A DNA stretch of 64,000 nucleotides, from contig OZ244720.1 in the NCBI GenBank assembly GCA_965219085.1, positions 832,001-896,000 on the forward strand, read 5' to 3'. Below are positions 22,030-34,838 of this stretch, in pieces. A model generated the notes under the pieces. That model searched no databases. It was given only the letters and a program-made list of their open reading frames with translations, and was not told the origin of the DNA. This DNA is from Dehalococcoidia bacterium (lineage in GTDB: Bacteria > Chloroflexota > Dehalococcoidia > UBA2979). Every line of letters begins with the position of its first letter. Positions within the stretch are counted from its first letter, which is position 1. The position numbers and the translations under genes were made by a program.

Positions 22030-22720
22030 CGTGGAGCGTCTCCGCGGGGCCCGGACCGCTCCTCGCGATCCTGGCGCGCGAACGGGCGAAGCTCTCCTGC
22101 CGCTGGCAGCCCGCGGTCGTCCAGCGCCGGGCGACCACCGCGCGCGGGCTCGTGCGCCACGAGGAGACGGGCGCGCCCTTCCGCATGCCGTGCTGCCCGG
22201 ACTGTCATGCGCAGATCGTGGACGTGGACGGCGTGCCGCTCCTCCAGCGCGAGGCATCGCCCCCGGCATGCTCGGCGCCGCCCGCGGCAGGTCGCTCAGC
22301 CTCAGCGGGCACGCTCACGGGCGGCGACTCCTCGGCCCTCTTCCACCTGCTCACCGGTTCAACCCGCAGATCCGGACCGCGTTCGGGCGGGGGGAGGAAA
22401 GCCGCTGGATCGAGCGCTACGGCTTCGTCGAGCACACGATCGGCCGCGACGACGACGCGGCCGGGGAGGACGGGTGCACGAGCCGCCGCCGCAAGTACCG
22501 GAAGGTCGTGCGGGAGCAACCGGGGCTCGCCCCCGCCGCAGTCTCGAAGGGCTCGCGGCGGCTGCTCGCGACCTACCTGCAGGCGCTCCTCGGCATCTCC
22601 CGCCACACCGTTCCGGAGGTACGTCCTCGCCGATGCCCCGCCTCCGCGACGCCCTCCGCTACATCGTCCCGGGTCGAGACCTCCGCCTCGAGTGAGACAT
22701 TCGCTGAGGAGTTGAGGTGA
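22030..22720 (+). pseudogene. Heavily decayed remnant, possibly an ICE-type helicase/methyltransferase gene
   Basis: Fragments in alternating frames (PCCPDC.AQI.D.DGVPL; GTLTGG.SS.LFHLL; RWIERYGF; RKVVREQPG); family recalled from memory. Confidence 0.35.
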
Positions 22721-22894
22721 CATGATCGCTGGACGCCGACAGTGCATGCACCGTCGGTGAGCGCGCGCGTCACGACGCCCGGAGCGCGGCGGGAGCCGCC
22801 ACGGACGGTCGCCTCCACGCTCGTGTTCGGCGCTGTTGACCAAGCCCCCTTATCCCATTGACACCCTCCCCGCGCCCCGCGCTCCCTATGGCCG

Positions 22895-24040
22895 ATGCAC
22901 GGGATGCGAGCACTTCTCGGAGGGGGCGTCCGCCAGGCGGGTGACGCTGTGCCGGCGGTGGGCATACGGCGCGCGGCACGGCGTCGGCCGCCGATCCCAC
23001 GCCGTCTTCCGCCAGCGTGGCGCTGGCCTGCCCCGGGGGCCGGCGGGTCGGCGCTTGTGCTGCTGGCCGTGTGGGCAGCGGTCCTCCTCGCCTGTGGAGA
23101 CGGCGGAGTGCGCGAGCCCCATGCGGGCAGCCCCGCGACCGCGGAGACCGCCAGCCCCGCCGTAATCGCGACGCAGGCCGCGGTCGGGGCGCGCTCACAG
23201 CCGGCGACCACCACCGCTCCCGTCACGGCGACCGCCACCAGTCCGGCCGCGGCAACCGCCACCAGTCCGGCCACGGCGACCGCCACCACGCCAGCTGCGG
23301 CAACCGCCACCACGCCAGCCGCGGCAACCGCCACCAGTCCGGCCACGGCAACCGCCACCACGCCGACCGCCCCTACGCCAGCCGCGGCGACCACCCCTGC
23401 TCCAGCTACGGCGAGCGCCACCACTCCGTCCCCGGAGGCCGACGCCTCGGGCACGCCTGCGTCCTCCGCAGGCACGGAGCGGCCCGCCGCGCCCAGCGGG
23501 GCCCGCGCGCCGAGCGGGGGCGCCCGGCAGGCGCCCGCCGATCCGGCCGGGAACGCGACAACCGTCTCCAAGCCGGCGCCGACGGACGCTGACGCGGGCG
23601 TGCCCTACACCTGGCGGGACGGCGACCGCACGAGGCGCGCCCGGCTGCAGCCCCACCTCGTCCTGCAGCGCAGCAGCGCGAACGCCAAGGACGATGTGGT
23701 CCTGCACGACGACGGGCGCGAGAGCATCGTCGAGCGCCGCGCGCGGCACGCCGAGGGCGGGCCGCCGGTCTTCCGAAATGAAGGCGGATCGCTCGTGACG
23801 CTGCCCGGCGGTGTGCTGCTGGTGCTCGATCCGGGTTGGGACGAGACCCGGATCAACCGCTTCTTTTCGGTCAACGCGATCAAGCCGGACCGCGTCACGG
23901 CGCAGGCCTTCGCCGACAACGCCTTCCTGGTTGCGACCGAGCCCGGCTGGGCCTCGCTGGAGCTGGCCAACGCGCTGGCCGAGCAGGACGGCGTGCTGAT
24001 CGCCAGTCCCAACTGGCGATCGCAGATCACGCTGCGATGA
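22895..24040 (+). CDS. Putative lipoprotein with Thr/Ala/Pro stalk and a C-terminal propeptide-like domain (start uncertain)
   Basis: VLLAC lipobox-like motif, ATATT/SPA repeats, C-terminal LPGGVLL...GVLIASPNW; ATGA overlap with the protease gene. Confidence 0.7.
   Translation: MHGMRALLGGGVRQAGDAVPAVGIRRAARRRPPIPRRLPPAWRWPAPGAGGSALVLLAVWAAVLLACGDGGVREPHAGSPATAETASPAVIATQAAVGARSQPATTTAPVTATATSPAAATATSPATATATTPAAATATTPAAATATSPATATATTPTAPTPAAATTPAPATASATTPSPEADASGTPASSAGTERPAAPSGARAPSGGARQAPADPAGNATTVSKPAPTDADAGVPYTWRDGDRTRRARLQPHLVLQRSSANAKDDVVLHDDGRESIVERRARHAEGGPPVFRNEGGSLVTLPGGVLLVLDPGWDETRINRFFSVNAIKPDRVTAQAFADNAFLVATEPGWASLELANALAEQDGVLIASPNWRSQITLR
23225..23365 (+). repeat. 24-bp tandem repeats encoding ATAT(T/S)PA(A/T)
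   Basis: Repeated GGC(A/G)ACCGCCACCA... units. Confidence 0.8.
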
Positions 24041-27000
24041 GAGCTTGGGTCGCGGTCGCGGTCATCATTGCCTGCGCGCTGGTGGCTTGGGTGGCGGCCA
24101 ATGAGGCGCGCGCCCAGGCCGTGCCGGCGGCGCCGACCGGGATCATGCTGACGGCCACGACGAACTCGCTCAGCGTCGGCTGGACCGTGCCGGCGAGTGA
24201 CGGCGACTCACCGATCACGTTCTACGACCTGCACTACATCGAGAGCGCCGCGACGGACAAGGCCGATGACAAGTGGACACTCGTGACGCGCGTCTGGAGC
24301 GATGGCGAACTCAGCTACACGCTCGCGGAGCTGCTGGACGGGGTCGCCTACGACGTGCGGCTGCGGGCCGTCAACAGCGTCGGTCCCGGCGAGTGGTCGG
24401 CCACGACATCGGCGTCGACCAGCGACCACGGCGGCACCGACGCGACGGCCACGAAGCTGGCGCTGGGTAGGTCACTCCCGGGACGGATCGACACCGGCGG
24501 CGACGAGGATCGCTTCAGGATCGTACTCCAAGAGCAGACCGATCTGTGGCTCTATACGACGGGCGAGGCAGATACCGCGGGCGAACTGACCCGAGGCGGC
24601 ACGGTGTTGCATTCGAATGGCGACGGCCAGCTGCCGCCCAATCCGCGCAACTTCTCTTTGCGCGAGGTAGTTGACGCCGGAACCTACTACGTGATCGTTC
24701 GCGGCCAACAGGGCGCAGCGCCGGTCGACTACCGGCTGCACGCCGCCGCGGTGCAGGCCGTGGGCAGCAGCACCTCGAAGAGGGTCGAGCTGGGCTCGCT
24801 GACGCCTGCTCGCCTGGTCCGGAACGGTTGGGTCGACCGATTCAGGATTGTGCTGACCGAAGCCACCGACCTCTGGGTGATGTCGATCGGCGCGACCGAT
24901 ACGGTGGGCGGGCTATATGACGCCGACGACGAACCGATCGCCGATTCAGACGACGGCTCGCTGCCCGGGAACTACCTCGGGTTCAACCTTCGCGCACAAG
25001 TTGATGCGGGTACCTATTACATCCGGGTCGAGGGCTTCGCTGCCCGAGAGGAGGGGCCCTACATCCTCTACACGGCGGCGGCGGGCGATCCCGGCGACTC
25101 GATCGCTGCCGCCACCCCACTCAGGTTCGACCTGCCGGCAGCCGGCCGGATCGAACCGGCCGGCGACGAAGACTACTTCAGCCTCAGCGTGCCCACGCCT
25201 GGCGAAGTGACGCTATGCGCCCTCAAATTCGACCGCGAGCGGTTCCGGCTCAACATGGCGCTGTCCGACGCGGACGGGAACCCCGTCGGGATCAGCGTCA
25301 CGCGGGGGATAGGCTGCGGCTTATATGCACTGGGCCCATCCAGCGTCGCGAGCATGATCCGCCTGGGCGCGGGCGTCTACCACCTGCGCGTGACGATGAG
25401 CGGCGATCGGACAGAAGCGTACACGCTCGCGGCCCAGCTCGATCCGGAGACGAGAGAAATGGAGCGGGACTGCCTGTCCCGCGGCTCCTCACAGAGCGAC
25501 CCCCTGTACGGCTGCCAGTGGTACCTCAACAACACCGGGCAGTACGGCCGTGGAGCGGGGCAGGACATCAATGTCGAGGAGATCTGGGCGACCAACAAGG
25601 GCGCGGGCGTCAACGTGGCCGTGGTCGACGATGGGCTGGACCTCGATCACGAAGACCTGAGCGCAAACATCAGCCTGGAGGGCAGTCACGACTACACGCC
25701 GGAGGTGCCCTGGGATAGCAGGACCGACTGGCATTCCACGTATGTGGGCGGCGTGATCGGCGCCCGCGACAACGCCCTCGGCGTTCGCGGAATCGCGCCC
25801 AGAGCGACGCTCTACAGCTATCGCGCGCTGCTGGGCACAGGGGCGGATCGGATCGACGCGCTGGTGCACCAGATGGCGGAGGTCGCGGTCTCGAACCACA
25901 GTTACGGTTTCGAGGACAATGGCCAGTACCACTACGCGGGGAGGCCCTGGGAGATGGCGGTCGAGCGCGGGGTGCACGAAGGCTACGGCGGCAAGGGCGT
26001 TTTCTACGTCTGGGCCGCCGGCAACGGCTCCGCTTTTGGCGACACCGCCAACTATGACTCAAAGGCGAATCACTACGGGATCACGGCGGCCTGCGCCGTC
26101 GATTACCTAGACGCGCGGTCGGGCTACTCGGAGCTGGGCGCCAACCTCTGGGTCTGCGCTCCGTCCTCGCCCGGCGGTTTCAGCTTTCTCCCGCGAATCA
26201 CCACGACTGACAACTCCAATCGCTACACACATATCTTCGGCGGGACCTCGGCCACGGCGCCGATTGTCGCCGGGGTGGCGGCGCTGCTGCGCGCCGCCCA
26301 TCGCGAGCTGAGCTGGCGCGATCTGAAGCTGATCCTGGCCGGCTCGGCGCGCCGCAACGACCCTGGACACAGCCACTGGGAAGAGGGCGCGCTGAAGTAC
26401 GGCTCGACCGACGAGCGTTACTGGTTCAGCCACAGTTACGGCTTCGGCGTGGTCGACGCCGGGGCGGCGATGGCGCTGGCCGACGACTGGACCAGCCCGC
26501 CCGCCTGGCGCGAACTCAGCGCGACCTCCAACGAGCAGATCGTGTTTGGCAGCGGCGAGACCGGTAGCAGCAGCATCACGCTCGATCCCCATGTGGACTT
26601 CGTCGAGTTCGTCGCCGTCGAACTCGAAATCAGCCACCTCTACTACCGGCATCTGCGGATCAAGCTGACCTCTCCCAGCGGGGAGACATCCACCCTCGTC
26701 TTTCCGCTCACCATCAGAGGTGAGATCGAGCCCTGGGTGAAGGCGACGCCGCGCTTCGGTTCGGCCAAGCACCTGGGCGAGAACGCGGCCGGCGAATGGA
26801 CCCTGGAAATCGTCAACGAGGGAGTCGTTGGTCCCGCAACACTCCATTCCTGGAAGCTGACCGCCTACGGCCACGGCTACAACCCGGGCTTCGCCGAGCT
26901 GCGCGCGGTCGCGGCCCGCGACCGTGCGATCCTCGTCGTCTGGGAGGCGCCGACCGACACCGGCGCAACGGCCGTCAGCTCCTACGACCTGCGCTACCGG

Positions 27001-29593
27001 CGCAGCGACGCGGCGGGCCAGGCGGAGGGCGGCGGGTGGACGGAGCGGAGCGGCGTCTGGTCCTCGGGATCGTTATCGTTGTCGTATCAGCTCGAGGGGT
27101 TGGTCGCGGGCGGGCGCTACGAACTGCAGCTGCGGGCGGTCAATGAGGCCGGCCCCGGTCCCTGGTCGGAGAGCCTGGAGGCGGCGACCGAGGCGGTCGC
27201 GCCGGAGGCGCCCGCGATTACGCAGGTCGAACCCGGCAACGCCGCGCTCAAGCTGAACTGGACAGCGCCGGCCCACGACGGCGGGGCGGCGATCACCTCC
27301 TACGACGTGCGCTCGATCGCGACCAGCGCCGACGAGACCGTGGACGCCAACTGGACTCCCTCCGCCGGCGCGTGGACGTCAGGCGCGCTCGAACACAGGC
27401 TCACGGGACTGAGCAACGGCGTCTCCTACGACGTGCAGGTGCGGGCGGTCAACCGGGTCGGGGCGGGCGACTGGTCGGCGATATCCGAGGGAACCCCGCG
27501 CACGGTGCCGGGGGCGCCGGCGGTCGAGACGGTGAGCGGGGGCCGGCGCAGTCTCACGGTCGCGTGGAGCGCGCCCGCCGGCGGCGTCGGCGCGGCCATC
27601 AGCTCCTATGCCATGCAGTACATCCGCAGCGACGCCGCGGACAAGAGCGCCGCCCGGTGGTCTCCCGCCCCGGTCGCATGGACCCCCGGCGACACCCTCC
27701 GCGCAACCATCACCGGCCTCGAGGACGGCGCCGGCTACGACGTGCAGGTGCGGGCGCTGAACACGGTCGGCGCGGGCCTCTGGTCGGCCAGCGGCACCGG
27801 CCAGACCCTCCCCTCGGAGGATGCCACGCTCAGCGGCCTGCAGCTGCCCGGGGTGCGGCTGGCGCCCGCGTTCGCGAGCGAGACGACCGAGTACGCGGCG
27901 GCCGTGGGGTACACGGTGCGGCGGGTCACGGTCGAGGCGGCGCGGAGCGACGGCGACGCCACAGTCGCGTACCTCGACGGTAACGGCATGTCACTCAGCG
28001 ACGCCGACGCCGATAGCGCAAACGGCTTCCAGGCCGACCTGTCGGTCGGGGAGAACGTGATCCGGGTACGGGTGACGGCCGAGGACGGCACCACGACGCG
28101 GACCTACCGCGTCACGGTGACGCGCACCAAAGAAGACCTGTCGCTCACGCCGGCGGTAAGCGATCCGTCCGCCCCGTTCGCCTCCACGGCGACCTACAGC
28201 ATCCGCTTCCAGGGTGACTGGAGGACCGCCGTGACGCCCGCGGGCCTGCCCTCGGGCGCGCACTTCTCGCGCCTGATCGGCGGCGTCCACAACGCCGGCG
28301 TGAGCTTCCTCGAGAGCGGCGGGAGGGCCAGTGCGGGTGTCGAGTCGATGGCGGAGGTCGGGGGCTGGACGGGCCTGCGAGACGAGGTCCAGAACGCCGG
28401 CGCGAACGCGCTCGGGGTCCTGGTTGGCGACACCGACAACATCGGGCCGACGACCGCGAAGACGCTGACCGCCGAACTCGCCGGCTCGCACCCGCGGGTC
28501 ACGCTGACGACCATGATCGCGCCCAGCCACGACTGGTTCGTCGGCGTCTCCGGTCTGCCGCTGCTCAACGCCTCCGGTCTCTGGCTGCGCTCGCACGAGC
28601 TGCCGCTCTATCCCTGGGATGCCGGCACCGAGGAGGGCGACGACTTCTCGCTCGAACCCAGCGTCGACACCACGCGCGGTGTCATCACGAGCATCCGCGG
28701 CACGGGCAAGTTCACCACCGAGCGGATCGCCGGCCTCACCTTCACGCTCCAGTCGGTCGAGACCACGCGCAGTCTCGTCGAGAACACGGCCGGGGTCGTG
28801 GACCTGGGGCCGCCGGTCGCGCCCGTGGCGAGCGATGGCGCGGTCGGCTACACGCTCGGCGGCGCCGACGCCGCCTCGTTCGACCTCGACGAGGCGACGG
28901 GCCAGCTGAGCACGAAGGCGGGCGCAACCTTCAACCACGAGGAACAGGGCAGCCACAGCGTGACCGTCACCGCCACGGACACCGACGGCCCGGTCGTCAC
29001 GACCGTGCAGATTCACGTCACCGACCTCGACGAACCGCCGGCCATCGCGGGGCCGGAGGCCAGGGACTATCGGGAGAACGCAACGACCTCCGTGGCCACC
29101 TACCGCGCCAGCGATCCGGAGGAGGCGCCGGTCGAGTGGTCACTCTCGGGAGACGACCGGAGTCACTTCTCCATCTCCGGCGGCGTGCTCAGCTTCGACC
29201 AGCCCCCCGACTACGATGCGCGGGCCGACTCGGACGGAAACAACGACTACGAGGTCACCGTCGAAGCGTCCGACGGTAGCCTCAGCGGGCGCCTCGACGT
29301 GACCGTCACGGTCAGCGACGTCAACGAACCGCCGGAGATCACCCCCGCGGACGACATCGCGGTCGACGAGAACTACGACGGAACGCTTGCCGCCTTCAGC
29401 GCACGCGACCCCGAGAACGAGCCGGGCCTCACCTACACCTGGTCGCTGGCGGGAACCGACGCGGGCGACTTCAACCTCGGCGAGGCCGGCGTGCTTGCGT
29501 TCAAGCACATCCCCGACGCCGACAACCCGGCCGACTCCGGGCGGGACAACGTCTACGACATCACGGTGCGCGCCGAGGACAGCGCGGGCCTTA

Positions 29594-30775
29594 GGGATGG
29601 TCTGAACAGGTGGCGTATCGGGCGCGGTGCGGGTCGATCGGCGTACTGCGCTGCGCTGCGCTGCGGGGGCCGATACCGCGGTCCATGGGTGGTCTCGCCT
29701 CCATGTCGCTCCGGAAGCGCTCCGGCGGGCGATTCGGGACGCACGGCTCCCGCGATCACGCGAGCTGAGGCTCGGCTCGCAACAGGTTCGTGAAACCGAG
29801 CAGCAGCGTGAGACGCTCGCGGTTCTTCTCAAGACCCCGGTAGCGGACCTTCGCGTACCCGAAGTGCCGCTTCACGTAGAGAAACGGATGCTCAACCTTC
29901 GCTCGCACCGAGGCCTTGCGCCGCTCCGCCTGCGCCTCAGCGCCCCCCGGCGCCAGCTGCCGCCTGAGACCCGGACGCAGCGCCACCTGCCAGCTCACCT
30001 CCGACCCCGCGTGCTCCGGGCGCTTCTCCACTCCCTGGTAGCCGGCGTCGCCCCACGCCTCCGTCTCGCCGCCGTGCAAGAGGTGATGCGCCTCGGTCAC
30101 GTCGGAGACGTTCGCCGCCGTCGTGCTCACGCTGTGGACCAGTCCCGTCCGCGCATCCGTGCCGGTGTGCAGCTTCATCCCGAAGTACCACTGCCGGCCC
30201 TTTCTGGTCTGGTGCATCTCGGGGTCGCGCGCACGCTCGCGGTTCTTCGTCGATGACGGCGCGCTGATGATCGTGGAGTCCACGATCGTGCCCTCGCGCA
30301 CCTGCAGCCCCTGCCGTGCGAGGTGCGCGTTGATCGTCGCGAACAGCGCCGTTCCCAGCTGATGACGCTCCAGCAGATGGCGGAAGTTGAGGATCGTCGT
30401 CTCATCGGGAATCGGCTCGGAGAGGCTGAGACCGGCGAACTCGAGCATCGAACGGGAGTCGTAGAGTTCCTGCTCCATGCCAGGGTCGCTGAGGTTGAAC
30501 CAGAGTTGGAGGCAGTGGATGCGCAGCATCACGCGCAGCGGGTAGGGGCGGCGCCCGCGGCCCGGCTTCGGGTAGACGGGCGCGATGCGCTGCTCCAGCT
30601 CAGCCCAGGGGACGAGCCTGTCCATGCGCTCGAGGAACGCCTGCCGCCTCGTCTTGACCTTCTTGTGCTCGTACTCGACGCTGCCGAACGAACGCTGCTG
30701 CATGGGGCGCCCCTCTCCGGGTCGCCCCATGATCGCATCTGCTCACCCGCTCAGGCGAGTTGTTCAGACCATCCC
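29594..30775 (-). mobile_element. IS5-family element
   Basis: Perfect IR GGGATGGTCTGAACA / TGTTCAGACCATCCC; TA (or YTAG) duplication. Confidence 0.92.
29756..30703 (-). CDS. IS5-family (IS5 subgroup) transposase
   Basis: PDETTILNFRH, IVDSTII, FGMKLH, GDAGY, RAKVEHPF. Confidence 0.93.
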   Translation of the reverse strand: MQQRSFGSVEYEHKKVKTRRQAFLERMDRLVPWAELEQRIAPVYPKPGRGRRPYPLRVMLRIHCLQLWFNLSDPGMEQELYDSRSMLEFAGLSLSEPIPDETTILNFRHLLERHQLGTALFATINAHLARQGLQVREGTIVDSTIISAPSSTKNRERARDPEMHQTRKGRQWYFGMKLHTGTDARTGLVHSVSTTAANVSDVTEAHHLLHGGETEAWGDAGYQGVEKRPEHAGSEVSWQVALRPGLRRQLAPGGAEAQAERRKASVRAKVEHPFLYVKRHFGYAKVRYRGLEKNRERLTLLLGFTNLLRAEPQLA

Positions 30776-33700
30776 TAGGGGCAGCATCGACATCACCGTA
30801 ACGGTCAGACCCGTCAACGAGCCGCCCACCATCAACGGCGACGCGACTCCCGGCATCAAGGAGGAGGGTTCGCTCCTCGTCGGGACGTACCGGGCCAGCG
30901 ACCCGGAGGGCGACACCATCGCCTGGCAACCGCTCGGCGGGAGCGACGGCGACAGGTTCGAGTTCACCTCCTCGAACGGCAGGCTCGCGTTCAAGGCGGC
31001 GCCGGACTACGAGTCCCCGACGGACGTAGGGCGCAACAACGAGTACTCGGTGAGGCTGCGCGCCTCCGACGGCTCGAACATGGAGACGCACGACGTGATG
31101 GTGACCGTCACGAACGAGGAGGAGCCCGGAACGCTCGGCCTCTCCTCGGAGCAGCCGCTGGTGGGGACCGTCCTCACGGCCACCTTCGCGGACCCCGACG
31201 GCGTGCTCAGTGAGTCGTGGTCCTGGCAGCGCTCGCCGAACCGCAGCACCTGGAGCGAGATCGGCGGCGCCGCGAGCGAGCGCTACACGCCGCTCGCTGC
31301 CGACCTGAACCACTACCTGCGGGTGACGGTCGACTACACCGACGGCCACGGCCCAGACAAGCGCATCCAGAAGAGGGCGGACGACCGCGTCGAGGAGCCG
31401 CCCCCGGTGAACTACCCACCGGAGTTCCCCGGCTCCACGGCGGAGCGCTCCATCGCCGAGAACGCGGCCGAGGGAACGCCTGTCGGCGACCCGGTCAGCG
31501 CCACCGATGCCAACGACGACACGCTGACCTACGCGCTCGCTGCGGACCCCTTCACGATCGACGACGATGGCCAGATCCGGGTCGCGCGGGGCGCGGCGCT
31601 CGACTACGAGGCGGGAACGCTGTACGTCGTCACCGTGACCGCCACCGATCCCTCCAACGCCAACGCCATTGTTTTCGTCAGCATCAGCGTCACGGACGTG
31701 AACGAGCCGCCGGAGGCCGTGGACGACCCGCGTACGACCGATGAGGACGAGGAGTTGACCATCGACGTCATCGCCAACGACCGCGATCCCGAGAACGACG
31801 ACCTCACCGTCAGCCTCCGGAACAGGCCCCGCAACGGGTCCGCAACGGTCGAGACCGACAACACCGTCACCTATACGCCCAACGCCAACTACCACGGCGC
31901 CGACAGCTTCACCTACAGCATCTCCGATGGCAGTCTCAGCTCCGGGCAGGCCACGGTCGCCGTCACCATCGATCCGGTGAACGACGACCCCGCGTTCGCG
32001 TCTGCAACGGTGGAGCGCACGGTGTCCGAGAGCGCCGGGGAGGGCGACAACGTCGGGGCGCCAGTGACCGCCACGGATGTCGACGAGAACGACACGCTCA
32101 CGTACAGCCTCTTCGGTATCGATGAGCGCTTCTTCGACATCGTGCCGGACAGCGGCCAGATCACGGTTGGCGGGGGTGTCACCTTCGAGATCGCGACGAA
32201 GGACACGTACACCGTCATGGTCGACGCCGAGGACGGCAACGGCGGCAGCGACACCGTCGAGGTGACCATCACCGTCACGGCCGGCCCCACCGGCGGCCCC
32301 GGCCCCACGGGCGGCGGCGGCGGGCCCTCCGGTCCCTCGCCCAGCGAGCTCGACTTCGAGTGGACGGTGAAGCGCGACATCGAAGCGCTCGACGCCGGCA
32401 ATGCGGAGGCCACCGGCGCCTGGTCCGATGGCGAGACGCTTTGGGTGGCCGATAACGCCGACGGCGCCGCCGACGCCATCTACGCCTACGACCTCGAGAC
32501 GGGCGAACGTCGCGAGGAGCTCGAGTTCGAGCTCGCCGAGCGCAACCGCGCCCCGCGCGGCATCTGGTTCGACGGCGAGGTGATGTGGGTCTCCGACAGC
32601 GGCCAGGAACGCCTCTTCGCCTACGACCTCGCGTCCGGCGAGCGCGTCGAGGAGCGCGAGATCGTGCTGGACGCAGACAACGGCGACGCCCGCGGCATCT
32701 GGTCCGATGGCGAGACGATGTGGGTGCTGGACGGTGGCAGGAACGATGCGGTCTACCTCTACGACCTGGAGAGCGGTGAGCTGATCGCCCGGTACGCCCT
32801 GCACAGCAGCAACGGCGACCCCCGTGGTGTCTGGTCGGACGGCGTCTCCGTCTGGGTCTCCGACCACGGCGCCAAGCGCCTCCTCGCCTACCGCCTTGAG
32901 GGCGAGTCGCTCGAGCGCGTCGGCGACGAGGATTTCGGGAATCTGAGCCGGGCGAGCAACAACAGCCCGCGCGGCATCTGGGCCGACGGCGACGTGATGT
33001 ACGTCGCCGACGCGAGCGACGACAAGGTCTACAGCTACAACATGCCCGACGCCATCGACGGACGCCTCGCCTCGCTCACCCTCAGCGGCGTCGACTTCGG
33101 CGAGTTCCTGCCTGGCCGGGAGGAGTACGAGGGCGTCGTCGCCGAGGGCGTGACCGAGACGACGGTCGAGGCCGAGGCCATGCAGCGCCGTACTAGTGTC
33201 GACATCGACCCGCCCGACGCCGGCGAGGAGGCCGAAGGCCACCAGGTGGCGCTCGAGGGACTCGCGGAGATCACCGTCACCGTCATTTCGGCCGACGGCA
33301 ACCGCGGGAAGACCTACCGCGTGCGCTTCCCCGAGACGGGCTGGGACCCGGCCCGCGATCCCTGGCCGCACTGCCTGCGCGGCGCCGTCTCCGAGGGCTT
33401 CAGCCTCGTCGTCTTCGCCGGGGGCGGCGTCGACGAACTCTCCGCCTGCGCGGAGCGTCGGGAGATCGTGGCCTTCTACGCCCTGCACGAGGGCGTCTAC
33501 GTCTCCTACCTCCTCGTCGCGCCTGACTTCGTGAACGAGCCGTTCCGCGAGCTGTTCGCCGATGGCCTGCCCTCCATCACGCCGCTGCTCGCCGCAAGCA
33601 ACGGACCGCCCTCGGCGGACCCCTTCGGCGGCGACCTTGAAGCCGCCGGGCAGCCGTGGCCGCAGTGCCTGCGCGGCGAGATCGCCCCCGGCTTCAGCCT

Positions 33701-33984
33701 CGTCGTCTTCGAGGGCGGCAGGATCGAGCAGTTGGTCTCCTGCGCGGAGAGCCGCCACGTCACGGCCCTCTACATCCAGCACAACGGCGAGTGGGTGTCC
33801 TACATCCTCGGGGCGCCGGAGTTCGCGAACCTCGAGTTCAGGGAGCTGTACGCCGACGGGCTGCCCGCCCTCACGCCGCTGGTCGCCAAGAGTGAGGGGC
33901 CTCCAGAAGCCAACTGACTTCTCTCCCCTGCCCTGCGCCTGTTTGGTTCGAGACCGAGTTGCCGGTCTTTCGGTCGACACCAGG

Positions 33985-34045
33985 AGCTGCGCCTTGCCCG
34001 GTACGATGCGGTTGACGCGTGACAGCGTCTGCACGGCCTGCACCT
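33985..34045 (-). pseudogene. Short HsdR-like fragment
   Basis: QAVQTLSRVNR..PGK matches the type I HsdR helicase motif VI; very short. Confidence 0.4.
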
Positions 34046-34821
34046 GTCGAGGCGCTGTCGACGTACAGCGCCTCAGGAGCGATTGGTCGAAGCCGGTCTG
34101 ATCGCGGTCATCGGCCTCATTCATCTCGCGACCTCAATGCCGACTCCGGGGAAACGAGAGCACCCTGACCCAAAGCCAGCACCCCGCCGACGCCCTCAAC
34201 GCAGTCCTCGACCTGAGGGCAGCCCGCGATACGAGCCGGCAGCCAAGATGTACCCGTGCGGGCGCGGCGGTGTAGCTGTCCCGGGTGCTCGGTGATCTCC
34301 CTGTCCGCAGGAACTTGCTCGCTCTTTGGCAAAGGCATCCTTTGCCTTAGATCCTCATTCATTATTCGATTGACAAAGGTGTGTACGTGAGATCATCTGA
34401 AATATACATGAGAATGCGAGAACCCTCATCACGTGATGGCGGCGCGCATAGCGCTACGGAATAGGGCGCAACGGTAGGCACGGCTGTCCTGGTTCAGTGA
34501 AGCGCGCATTCGTATCACGTCACAAATGGCCCTGGGCAGCGTTCTGCAAGCCGTCGCAGATGAGGCCCGGTGGCGCAAGTAGAGTGGCGTCTTCCTGTCG
34601 ACGGTCAGGTCGGCGCTCTGATCCAGCCTAGAGTCCGTGAGTCGCAGGATCGGCACCCTGGGTTTGGCATCCCACTGGTGGCACTCTGTCCGCTCATCGG
34701 CGCTGGCGAAGGCGCAGAGATCGTCGAGTCGACCCTCACACCCCCGCGGATCCGCCGCCTTGTCGGAGGACTTTCGCATTGAGGTGCCAGGTGAACGTGC
34801 TCCCTCCCCGCAGCCGCCGCA

Positions 34822-34830
34822 TGCTAGGAT
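34822..34830 (+). promoter_or_regulatory. Possible extended -10 (TGCTAGGAT) for a leaderless panE transcript
   Basis: Lies 8 nt before the GTG start; no RBS seen. Confidence 0.3.
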
Positions 34831-34838
34831 CGCCGCCC

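Larger units (their letters stand above)
24037..33917 (+). pseudogene. Giant surface kexin-like S8 protease (~2898 aa reconstructed): FN3, PPC-like domains, S8, P-domain, FN3 x3, Spondin_N, cadherins, propeller, duplicated C-terminal domain; split by IS5
   Basis: VVDDG / WHSTYVGG / AAGNG / GGTSATAP; spondin motifs HFS.LIG, MIAPSHDWFVG, WDAGTE. Removing the IS restores SAGLRGSID in frame (8697 nt). Confidence 0.88.

Noticed and set aside
23225-23365. Tandem repeats as a CRISPR-like or ncRNA array
   Set aside because: In-frame 24-bp coding repeats of a Thr/Ala stalk
34328-34410. AT-rich stretch with a hairpin and TTGACA
   Set aside because: No convincing -10 at the right spacing and no adjacent gene; cannot call a promoter or ncRNA
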